41,682 bases of DNA from Candidatus Limnocylindrales bacterium (GTDB lineage Bacteria > Moduliflexota > Moduliflexia > Moduliflexales > JAUQPW01), in the NCBI GenBank assembly GCA_035559535.1, contig DATMBG010000012.1:248001-289682 (forward strand). The letters are read 5' to 3'. Shown in pieces: positions 1 to 8,537 of this stretch. The translations under genes were made by a program, and so were the position numbers. Numbering within the stretch: position 1 is the stretch's first letter; every line of letters starts with the position of its first letter. The notes under the pieces are model-generated. The model did no database searches. It was given only the letters and a program-made list of their open reading frames with translations, and was not told where the DNA came from.

Positions 1-1
1 C

Positions 2-79
2 GGATTGGCGGTTATTGTTTATCTTTTTCGAAACAAAAATACGGTCAACGACGATGAGTTTAGCTTAATGCGCTGGTAA
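2..79 (+). CDS. nuoK: NADH-quinone oxidoreductase subunit K, C-terminal fragment (5'-partial)
   Basis: Manual translation from base 2 gives GLAVIVYLFRNKNTVNDDEFSLMRW*, the typical NuoK C-terminus; lies directly upstream of nuoL. Confidence 0.9.
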   Translation, partial: GLAVIVYLFRNKNTVNDDEFSLMRW

Positions 80-170
80 AACCTGTTAGATGATGGGTAT
101 TGGATGACAAGTTTACCCTATTTCTTCTTTATCACCCAGTACCCATCACCCGGTGTTCATTACTTTCTTT

Positions 171-2090
171 ATGGAAACCATGTTATGGGTGATCCCGGCG
201 TTACCTCTTCTAGCGAGTATTGTAACCATCTTATGGGGTAAGCGCTGGATTCGAGAAAAAAGCCACTGGCTTCCGTGTATAGGAGTGGGGATTTCATTTC
301 TTCTTTCTCTGATTACGTTTTTCCAGGTATGGAATCGAGGGACCCTTCAGCAGGTTCTCTACTCCTGGATCTCCTCTGGAGATTTTCAGGTGAATCTGAC
401 TTTACAGGTAGATCCTTTAACAGCGATGATGGTGGTAGTGGTTTCTGGAGTTAGCTTTCTGATCCATATTTACTCCATCGGATATATGCATGGGGATGAG
501 GGCTATCATCGCTTTTTCAGCTTTATTTCCCTGTTTACGTTTTCCATGCTGATGCTCGTCATGTCTGCCAATTTTCTCCTGCTTTATGTATTTTGGGAAG
601 CCGTAGGGCTATGCTCCTATTTATTGATCGGCCACTGGTATTATAAAAAATCGGCGGCCGATGCCGGAAAGAAAGCTTTTATTGTTAACCGGGTCGGAGA
701 CTTTGGATTTGGGTTGGGGGTTATGTTATTGTTTACGACTTTTGGAACCCTGGATTATCGGACCATATTTTCTCGATCCGGGGAATTCGTCGGTAAGACT
801 TTCACCCTTTTTGGGATAGAATTTGATTTACTAACCCTCACCTGTCTGTTGCTTTTTATGGGGGCTATAGGAAAATCGGCCCAGTTTCCCCTTCACGTAT
901 GGTTACCGGATGCCATGGAAGGTCCTACCCCGGTCAGTGCTCTTATCCATGCTGCAACCATGGTTACAGCCGGGGTGTATCTGGTTGCCCGCTGTTACCC
1001 CCTTTATAATCTGGCCCCCAAGGCTTTATTCACCGTCGCCCTCATAGGTGGCTTCACGGCCTTCTTTGCAGCCACCATCGGTTTAGTACAAAACGATATT
1101 AAGCGGGTTTTAGCCTATTCTACCATCAGTCAGTTGGGTTATATGTTCATGGCCTTAGGGGCTGGTGCCTATGTAGCTGCCATCTTCCATCTGGTTACCC
1201 ATGCTTTTTTTAAAGCCCTTTTATTCCTGGCTTCAGGAAGCGTGATTCACGCCCTGGGGGGCGAGCAAGATATGCGGAATATGGGAGGACTTAAAGATAA
1301 AATACCGGGAACCTATTGGACCTTTTTAATAGGTGCCCTGGCCCTTGCCGGTATACCTCCTCTGGCAGGCTTCTGGAGTAAAGATGAAATTTTGATGGGA
1401 ACCTTTCAGGCAGAATACTATGTTTTCTGGATCTTAGGGTCCGCAACGGCTTTTATGACGGCATTTTACATTTTCAGGTTAATTTTTATGACCTTTTTTG
1501 GAGACTTTCGAGGTAGGCACGGGGTTGAGCATCCTGTTCATGAGTCCCCTCCGGTCATGCTTTATCCGTTAATCATTCTGGCTATTTTATCGATCTTTGC
1601 CGGATGGATGCTGGGATTTCCTCCAGAACATGGATTTATCCATACTTTCCTGGCTCCAACTCTGGCCGAAACGCAAAGTACTGCTTTCCCGCACGAGGTA
1701 ACTCAAGGAGGTACCGGACTCATGTTTTTCTCGATTCTTGTGGCAGCCCTGGGGATCTTGACCGCCTGGATATTTTACGTAAAAAGACCGGAAATGCCCC
1801 TAAAGCTCGCAGAGACTTACCCCTCCACCTATGACTGGCTGCTTCATAAATATTGGTTCGATGAAATGTACGATGCCTTATTTGTGAATCCGACGAAGCA
1901 GTTTGCTAACTTCCTCTGGCAAGGTTTTGATAATTCCCTTATAGATGGTGTTATAAACGGTATTGCCCGTGGTATAGACCTTATGAGTGCTAAGCTACGA
2001 CGTCTCCAGTCCGGTTATCTCCAACAATATGCCTTAAGCATGGTTATTGGAGTGATAGTGATCTTGGGTGTTTACTTGTTGATAGTTTAA
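171..2090 (+). CDS. nuoL: NADH-quinone oxidoreductase subunit L
   Basis: Motifs GKSAQFPLHVWLPDAMEGPTPVSALIHAATMV, DIKRVLAYSTISQLG and HAFFKALLFL; many TM helices. ATG at 171 preferred over GTG at 153. Confidence 0.96.
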   Translation: METMLWVIPALPLLASIVTILWGKRWIREKSHWLPCIGVGISFLLSLITFFQVWNRGTLQQVLYSWISSGDFQVNLTLQVDPLTAMMVVVVSGVSFLIHIYSIGYMHGDEGYHRFFSFISLFTFSMLMLVMSANFLLLYVFWEAVGLCSYLLIGHWYYKKSAADAGKKAFIVNRVGDFGFGLGVMLLFTTFGTLDYRTIFSRSGEFVGKTFTLFGIEFDLLTLTCLLLFMGAIGKSAQFPLHVWLPDAMEGPTPVSALIHAATMVTAGVYLVARCYPLYNLAPKALFTVALIGGFTAFFAATIGLVQNDIKRVLAYSTISQLGYMFMALGAGAYVAAIFHLVTHAFFKALLFLASGSVIHALGGEQDMRNMGGLKDKIPGTYWTFLIGALALAGIPPLAGFWSKDEILMGTFQAEYYVFWILGSATAFMTAFYIFRLIFMTFFGDFRGRHGVEHPVHESPPVMLYPLIILAILSIFAGWMLGFPPEHGFIHTFLAPTLAETQSTAFPHEVTQGGTGLMFFSILVAALGILTAWIFYVKRPEMPLKLAETYPSTYDWLLHKYWFDEMYDALFVNPTKQFANFLWQGFDNSLIDGVINGIARGIDLMSAKLRRLQSGYLQQYALSMVIGVIVILGVYLLIV

Positions 2091-2166
2091 AGCAGTGAAT
2101 TGTGGGTCGTAAGGCCAGTCAATGGCTCACTTCTAATGTCTACGGCCCAGAGTTCACTCCCTCAAC

Positions 2167-3720
2167 ATGCTTTTATCTCTTATTATCTTCGTTCCTTTAT
2201 TGGGCGCTTTGGGTATTTTATTATTCGTTGAAACCGATGAAAGTGCCAGAAAGACTGCCTTTGGAGTCTCCATAGTAGACCTTTTATTGACCCTTCTTTT
2301 GCTCGCCACATTTGATACTTCTACCTCCCAGATGCAGTTTGTAAAGCAGACTCCTTGGATTCCCAGTTTTGGCATTCAATACTATATAGGGGTAGATGGC
2401 ATTAGTATTTTAATGATCTTCTTGACGGCACTTCTATCTGCCATCGCGATCCTCTCTTCCTGGACGGCTATTACCGATCGGGTTAAAGAGTATACCCTGG
2501 CACTTCTTGTTTTGCAGACCGGTATTTTGGGGGTATTTGCCGCCCTGGATTTTTTCCTGTTTTATGTGTTCTGGGAGGTTATGCTGATTCCCATGGTCTT
2601 GTTGATCGGAATTTGGGGAAGTGAAGGGAAGCGAACCATCCTGGGGAGGTGGGAGATGGAGAGTCGAATCTATGCGGCTTTGAAGTTCTTTCTCTACACA
2701 CTGGCTGGAAGCCTTCTGATGTTGGTGGCTATTATCAGCTTATATTTTACCCACCAGAAAATAACCGGTGGAGAATTGACGTTTGATATGCTTAGGCTGA
2801 TTCAATCGGCCCCCCAGTATAGCCCTGATTTTCAATTTTGGGTCTTTTTAGCCTTTTTCCTTGCCTTTGCCATCAAGGTTCCCTTGTTTCCCTTCCATAC
2901 CTGGCTGCCCGATGCCCATGTGGAAGCCCCAACAGCCGGAAGTGTTATTCTGGCCGGAGTCTTACTCAAAATGGGAACCTATGGATTTCTGAGAATTTGT
3001 CTCCCCCTGCTTCCCCAGGCAACTAAGCAATTTGCGCCGCTCATCATAACCCTGGCGGTTATTGCTATTATCTACGGTGCGCTGGTTGCGATGGTTCAAC
3101 CGGACCTGAAAAAGCTCATTGCCTATTCCAGCGTCAGCCACATGGGCTTTGTGATGCTGGGACTTTTTGCTTTCACCCAACAAGGTATAGAAGGGGCTAT
3201 TTTACAAATGTTTAATCATGGTACCATTACAGGAGCTTTATTCTTGATAGTTGGTCTCATTTATGAGCGGACCCATACTCGCCTGATCGCCGACTTTGGA
3301 GGTCTTTCCAAATCACTTCCTGTCTATGCTGCCTTCTTTGGAATCTTTACCTTTGCTTCTCTGGGATTACCCGGTTTGGGGGGGTTTATAGGGGAATTCT
3401 TGATCTTAGTCGGAACTTTTAGAGTTAAACCAACCGTAGCAGTTCTGGCAACTATAGGGGTTATCTTGAGTGCGGCCTATCTGCTTTGGATGTTCCAAAG
3501 GGTTATGCTCGGAGAGATTACCCATCCTCGAAATAGAGAACTTATAGATTTGAATCTTCGGGAAATAGCTACGCTGGTTCCTCTACTCATTTTGGTCTTT
3601 TGGGTGGGTATCTATCCCAATACCTTTTTGCAATTTTTACACGCTTCGGTCGGACATCTTATCCATCAATTAGGAGTAAGTTCGGAAGCCCATCAAATGA
3701 TCCAGACAGCTTTTAAATAA
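2167..3720 (+). CDS. nuoM: NADH-quinone oxidoreductase subunit M
   Basis: Motifs IKVPLFPFHTWLPDAHVEAPTAGSVILAGVLLKMG and DLKKLIAYSSVSHMG; operon order L-M-N. Confidence 0.96.
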   Translation: MLLSLIIFVPLLGALGILLFVETDESARKTAFGVSIVDLLLTLLLLATFDTSTSQMQFVKQTPWIPSFGIQYYIGVDGISILMIFLTALLSAIAILSSWTAITDRVKEYTLALLVLQTGILGVFAALDFFLFYVFWEVMLIPMVLLIGIWGSEGKRTILGRWEMESRIYAALKFFLYTLAGSLLMLVAIISLYFTHQKITGGELTFDMLRLIQSAPQYSPDFQFWVFLAFFLAFAIKVPLFPFHTWLPDAHVEAPTAGSVILAGVLLKMGTYGFLRICLPLLPQATKQFAPLIITLAVIAIIYGALVAMVQPDLKKLIAYSSVSHMGFVMLGLFAFTQQGIEGAILQMFNHGTITGALFLIVGLIYERTHTRLIADFGGLSKSLPVYAAFFGIFTFASLGLPGLGGFIGEFLILVGTFRVKPTVAVLATIGVILSAAYLLWMFQRVMLGEITHPRNRELIDLNLREIATLVPLLILVFWVGIYPNTFLQFLHASVGHLIHQLGVSSEAHQMIQTAFK

Positions 3721-3850
3721 TCCGTTGTCTGTTGTTCGTTTCTGGAATTAGTTCGTAGTCATAACTTTAATGGCCTGCCCTACAGGGCGGAAGAAACCCA
3801 TCGGCTACGGACTAAAAAACAACGTACAACGTGCAACGGACAAACTTACA

Positions 3851-5356
3851 TTGAATTTGAATTGGACCGCTATATTACCTGAGATTTTTATCACCTTAAC
3901 AGCCTTGGGCGTGTTAGGCATGGATTTGTTTTATACCCGATATCAAAAGGATAAAACTCTTAATGCCATTGTAGCTCTTTCAGGAATGGGTATTGCGTTT
4001 CTTCTTCTGCCCTTTCTAAGTGCCAAAACCCAAATTTTTACCTCGCTTTTTGTATCGGACCCCCTGGCTATTTTCTTCAAAATGGTTTTCCTCATTGCGG
4101 CAAGTATGACCGTCTTGATCTCCATGAATTATTTAAAGATGGAAGGATTCGACCTAGGGGAATACTACGCGGTTCTCTTGTTTAGTATTTTGGGTATGAT
4201 GGTCATGGCCAGTGCCAATGATTTTATCCTTATTTATCTTGGTTTGGAGCTCATGACCGTATCTTTCTATGTTTTATCCGGGTTTTTCAAAACCGATTTG
4301 AGATCCAATGAAGCTGCTCTCAAATACCTGATTCTGGGTGGATTTGCATCGGCTCTCTTTCTTTATGGTATCTCTCTGTTATATGGGGTAACCGGTTCAA
4401 CTGAAATTTCCTATATTGCCGGTTATCTTACCGAGCAGACCAGAACCGGAGTTGATTCTAGAGCCGGAGTCGCTTTGGTCGTTTTGAGTCATCCTCTCTT
4501 ATCCCTTTCACTGATTATGCTACTGGCAGGACTTTGTTTTAAAGTAGCAGCGGTTCCTTTTCATATGTGGACTCCAGATGTTTATGAAGGGGCTCCTACC
4601 TCTGTAACCGCGTTTATGTCTGTAGGTCCTAAAGCAGCCGGATTTGTCGTTATGCTAAGGGTTCTTTTGGTGGCACTGGGTGCCTTGGAGAAACAGTGGA
4701 TGGTTATTTTGACCGTCATTTCTATTCTGACCATGACCCTGGGGAATATTGTGGCCATCGCCCAACAGAACGTTAAGCGAATGTTAGCTTATTCCAGTAT
4801 TGCCCATGCCGGCTATATCCTTTTGGGAATCGTTGCCAGTGCCAGGGTTCCGGCAGCAGGCTCAGCCAGTGTAGTGTTCTATATTTTGAGTTATGCTTTC
4901 ATGAATCTGGGAGCTTTTACGGTCCTGTTAGCTGTAAGAAAAGAAGATAAACAAACTGGATTGATGGTACCGGCTATAGATTTAGAAGACTTTTCCGGCT
5001 TATCTAAGCGAGACCCTTTGACAGCCTTTCTCATGCTGATATTTATGTTCTCATTGACGGGAATTCCCCCTACAGCCGGTTTTGTGGGTAAATTCTATCT
5101 CTTCATGTCAGCGGTTGATGCAAACCTGGTTTGGCTGGCCGTAATCGGAGTTATAAACAGTGCCATCTCGGCTTATTATTATCTCCGTATCCTGGTTTAC
5201 ATTTATATGAAAGAACCTAAGGTAGTTCAATCTGTAGATAATTCGAGCCCTCTTTGGGTGGCACTTTACGTTATGGCCTTAGCAACTTTGTTAATAGGTA
5301 TTTTGCCAAACCTTTTGTTTAATGCGGCCCGTGCATCGGTGGTTTCTCTTTTTTAG
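3851..5356 (+). CDS. nuoN: NADH-quinone oxidoreductase subunit N
   Basis: Motifs SNEAALKYLILG, FKVAAVPFHMWTPDVYEGAP and KRMLAYSSIAHAGY. Start placed at in-frame TTG 3851 (LNLNWTAILPE) because 3770-3850 translates a heptamer repeat. Confidence 0.93.
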   Translation: MNLNWTAILPEIFITLTALGVLGMDLFYTRYQKDKTLNAIVALSGMGIAFLLLPFLSAKTQIFTSLFVSDPLAIFFKMVFLIAASMTVLISMNYLKMEGFDLGEYYAVLLFSILGMMVMASANDFILIYLGLELMTVSFYVLSGFFKTDLRSNEAALKYLILGGFASALFLYGISLLYGVTGSTEISYIAGYLTEQTRTGVDSRAGVALVVLSHPLLSLSLIMLLAGLCFKVAAVPFHMWTPDVYEGAPTSVTAFMSVGPKAAGFVVMLRVLLVALGALEKQWMVILTVISILTMTLGNIVAIAQQNVKRMLAYSSIAHAGYILLGIVASARVPAAGSASVVFYILSYAFMNLGAFTVLLAVRKEDKQTGLMVPAIDLEDFSGLSKRDPLTAFLMLIFMFSLTGIPPTAGFVGKFYLFMSAVDANLVWLAVIGVINSAISAYYYLRILVYIYMKEPKVVQSVDNSSPLWVALYVMALATLLIGILPNLLFNAARASVVSLF

Positions 5357-5463
5357 TTCTTTGTCCAGGGTCCTTAGTCCGTTGCCCGTTGTTTTATAGA
5401 AGAGTGACAGGTAAGTTACTCTTCCAGCAATGGACAATGGACAATGGGTAACGGACAAAAACC

Positions 5464-6189
5464 ATGAAAACCCCAAAAAAGATTTCAGAATTAACCGTTT
5501 ATCGGTTATCCGTCTATGAAAGGTGCCTGGAGCTTTTAGAAAAAGAGAAAATTACGACAATTTCCTCAAAAGAATTTGCCGAACGATTCGGACTTAACTC
5601 AGCGCAGGTTCGAAAAGATCTTGCTTATTTTGGAGAGTTTGGAGTACGCGGTATCGGCTACGAAGTAACCTTACTAAAAACTGAAATCATGCGTATCTTA
5701 GGGATTTTAGAGAGCTCTTCTGGAAAAAATCCCTGGAAAACTATCGTAGTTGGAGCCGGAAAATTAGGATCTGCGATCCTTCGATATGAAGGATTCAAAA
5801 GTCATGGTTTTGAAATTGTAGCCGCCATCGATATAGATACCAGGGAATCCGAGTACCAGCGTACTTTAAAAGCTCAAGAACCGGTCGTCCCACTCTACCA
5901 TATCAGTGAAATGGAAGAAGTTATTAAAACTCAAGGTATCCAGATCGGTATTTTAACTGTTCCTGAAGAAAGGGCTCAGGAAATAGCTAAAAATATGGCC
6001 GGTGCCGGAATCCGAGCCATCCTCAACTTTGTCCCGGTCCAACTCTTCCTTCCTCGATCTGTCAAAGTCCGGCATATAGATATGACCGCAGAACTCCAGT
6101 GTCTCACTTACTTTCTATCCTCTCCGGAACACCAAATGGAAGATTATGACGTGAAGACCCAGAGACAAGAAGACACGGAGAGAAAATAA
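5464..6189 (+). CDS. rex: Redox-sensing transcriptional repressor Rex
   Basis: N-terminal winged HTH RLSVY...SSKE...NSAQVRKDLAYFGEFGVRGIGY, Rossmann GAGKLG, and ILNFVP motif. Confidence 0.95.
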   Translation: MKTPKKISELTVYRLSVYERCLELLEKEKITTISSKEFAERFGLNSAQVRKDLAYFGEFGVRGIGYEVTLLKTEIMRILGILESSSGKNPWKTIVVGAGKLGSAILRYEGFKSHGFEIVAAIDIDTRESEYQRTLKAQEPVVPLYHISEMEEVIKTQGIQIGILTVPEERAQEIAKNMAGAGIRAILNFVPVQLFLPRSVKVRHIDMTAELQCLTYFLSSPEHQMEDYDVKTQRQEDTERK

Positions 6190-6383
6190 TCATTGGGGTC
6201 CCATGCTTCCCTATTTCCACCATGTGACCGGAATCCGGATGGTCAATTCTCGAATGATAGGCTGCTTTCGATATAGATAATCCCGACGGCTATAGGCCAT
6301 GTAACCTGTCCGCTTCCTTTATAAAAATCTGTAGATTATCCAGGATTATCCTAAAAATTTTTAATTTGGTGAGGAGAAGGAAA

Positions 6384-6803
6384 ATGAAAAGTTATCGCAA
6401 AGAGCTTTGGTTTAATACATCAACCCGAGTTGCCTTTATCAACATCACTTCTCAAGTAGAGGAGTGTGTCCGGGAAAGTGGCATTCAAGAAGGACTGGTC
6501 TTAGTTAATCCTATGCACATTACCTCCTCTGTGTTCATCAACGATGACGAGCCGGGATTACACCAGGATTTTGTAAACTGGTTAGAGAAACTTGCACCCC
6601 ATGAACCTATTCAGCAGTATCGCCATAACGATACCGGGGAGGATAATGCCGATGCCCATATCAAGCGTCAGATTATGGGACGGGAAGTTGTAGTAGCGAT
6701 TACCGGAGGTAGACTGGATTTGGGACGTTGGGAGCAGATTTTCTATGGGGAATTCGATGGGCAAAGACAAAAGCGAGTACTGGTCAAGATTATAGGAGAA
6801 TAA
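6384..6803 (+). CDS. yjbQ: YjbQ/UPF0047 family protein (secondary thiamine-phosphate synthase-like)
   Basis: Motifs [27 protein letters not shown] and [16 protein letters not shown]-like GAGGAG/AAGG before ATG 6384. Confidence 0.9.
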   Translation: MKSYRKELWFNTSTRVAFINITSQVEECVRESGIQEGLVLVNPMHITSSVFINDDEPGLHQDFVNWLEKLAPHEPIQQYRHNDTGEDNADAHIKRQIMGREVVVAITGGRLDLGRWEQIFYGEFDGQRQKRVLVKIIGE

Positions 6804-7035
6804 AAGAGGATACGGTATGGACGTACTCTTCCCGGGAAAACTCTAATTTTTGAGCAGAAGATGCAGCCTCTGTAATGGATGAAGGAGAAATTAGCTAATC
6901 CCTATTCGCCTTAAAGAGGTTGCCTGAGGTATAGGGGAGACCCTACGAGGCTTCTATATTGAATGGGTATAAGAAGGACCCTCAAAAAAGTATTCCAGCC
7001 GATGAGAGACAGGGGTTAGTCCTGGAAAAGTAATC

Positions 7036-7065
7036 TTGTAAAGTCGACCCTACCTCTTTTATAAT
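7036..7065 (+). promoter_or_regulatory. Putative sigma70 promoter for the 7157 gene
   Basis: TTGTAA-N18-TATAAT. A TG-n-TATATT extended -10 candidate also lies at 7101-7109. Confidence 0.35.
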
Positions 7066-7156
7066 AAAGAGGTAAGAAAATATTCTTCCTTGACAGATGA
7101 TGCTATATTATTTAGGAAATGATGGATTTATAACTAAGGTGTAAGGAGATCGGTGA

Positions 7157-7972
7157 ATGGCTTTCACTATTCAAGAGTATCTAGATCTGGTACGGTTACT
7201 GGCGGAACATCCGGAGTGGCGTTCTGAATTACGACGCTTACTTTTGTCGGAGGATCTTCTGACTTTGCCGGAGATTGTCCGAGAACTGGCCGAAGCCCAG
7301 CGGCGTACCGAAGAGCAAGTGGCTGCTTTAGCCGAGGCCCAGCGACGTGCTGAAGAGCGTCTAGGTCGAGTGGAGGAGCGTCTCGATCGGGTTGAAGAAC
7401 ACCTGGTTGCTTTAGCCGAAGCCCAGCGACGTACCGAGGAACGCCTGGAGCGTTTACAGACTACTGTTGCGATCCTGGCCGAGCAGGTACGCGCTTTGGT
7501 TGAAGCCCAACAACGTACCGATGTAACTGTTGGTGGCCTCAAAGGTCGCATTTTAGAAATGACTTACCGTGACAAGGCTATGGCCTACTTTGGTCCGTTA
7601 TTACGGCGACTCCGTGTGGTCCCACTTCAGACTTTAGAAGAAACCCTGGAAGCCCGACTATCATCCGAAGAGTTTAAGGATCTCCTGTCTCTGGACTTGT
7701 TGGTTAGCGGTCAACCTCGCTATCATCCTGAGATGCCGGAGGTATGGCTGGCAGTGGAGATATCTGCAGTAGTGGATCAGGAAGATTTAAACCGCGCTCG
7801 CCGTCGAGCCAATCTGCTGCGTCAAGCTGGCTATCGGGCTATCCCGGTAGTGGCCGGAGAGCGAGCAACCCTTGGAGCGGAAGATGAAGCACGCCTTCAT
7901 AAGGTGGCGGTACTGCAAGATGGGCGGGTCTTCCTATGGGAGGAAGCCTTGCAGGCTTGGGCAACTCAGTAG
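7157..7972 (+). CDS. Hypothetical coiled-coil repeat protein with a putative C-terminal PD-(D/E)xK-like fold
   Basis: AAGGAG SD; repeated LAEAQRR(T/A)EE units; C-terminal DLLVSG...WLAVEIS...DxxRAxRRA pattern reminiscent of a degenerate restriction-endonuclease-like domain. Confidence 0.75.
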   Translation: MAFTIQEYLDLVRLLAEHPEWRSELRRLLLSEDLLTLPEIVRELAEAQRRTEEQVAALAEAQRRAEERLGRVEERLDRVEEHLVALAEAQRRTEERLERLQTTVAILAEQVRALVEAQQRTDVTVGGLKGRILEMTYRDKAMAYFGPLLRRLRVVPLQTLEETLEARLSSEEFKDLLSLDLLVSGQPRYHPEMPEVWLAVEISAVVDQEDLNRARRRANLLRQAGYRAIPVVAGERATLGAEDEARLHKVAVLQDGRVFLWEEALQAWATQ

Positions 7973-7999
7973 AAAAAGGTCCTTGGAAAATAATAAATT

Positions 8000-8506
8000 A
8001 TGCTTAAAGATGCTGCCTATTGGATAAAAAAACTTCAACTTTCGGAGCATCCGGAAGGGGGATACTATAAAGAGACCTATCGATCTCCTGAACTCATAGA
8101 AGGAGACTGTCTTCCTAAGAGATTTGGCGGGTCCCGTTGCTTCTCAACGGCAATTTATTTTCTACTTGAAGGGCCTCAATTTTCAGCCTTTCACCGGATA
8201 AAGTCCGATGAGGTATGGCACTTCTATACGGGTAGCCCCCTGACTCTTTATATTATCCATCCCAATGGAGAATTATCAGAGATCAAACTGGGGAGTAATT
8301 TTGAAGAGGGAGAGATGTTCCAGGCCGTGATTAAAGCAGGTTGTTGGTATGGAGCCCGGGTGAATGATCCTAATTCTTATTCTTTGGTAGGAGGTACTGT
8401 GGCCCCAGGTTTTGATTTCAGGGATTTTGAGCTGGCAGAAAGGAAAAAACTTATTGAACTGTATCCCCAACATCGTTCTATCATCGAAAAACTCACACAT
8501 AATTGA
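8000..8506 (+). CDS. Cupin domain protein (DUF985/Cupin_5)
   Basis: Motifs HPEGGYYKETYRS, STAIYFLL, SAFHRIKSDEVWHFYTG and VAPGFDFRDFELA. Confidence 0.92.
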   Translation: MLKDAAYWIKKLQLSEHPEGGYYKETYRSPELIEGDCLPKRFGGSRCFSTAIYFLLEGPQFSAFHRIKSDEVWHFYTGSPLTLYIIHPNGELSEIKLGSNFEEGEMFQAVIKAGCWYGARVNDPNSYSLVGGTVAPGFDFRDFELAERKKLIELYPQHRSIIEKLTHN

Positions 8507-8537
8507 AGTTAATAGAGTGTTAAAGAAAGGACGATAA

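Noticed and set aside
3770-3850. ORF-track N-terminal extension of NuoN (MACPTGRKK...)
   Set aside because: It translates the intergenic heptamer repeat; NuoN-like sequence begins near TTG 3851.
6817-6846. Mini-ORF MDVLFPGKL after a GAGG
   Set aside because: Nine codons, weak SD, no coupling to a downstream gene and no other support.
7171-7551. 126-aa antisense ORF
   Set aside because: Shadow of the repetitive coiled-coil gene with low-complexity R/S composition.
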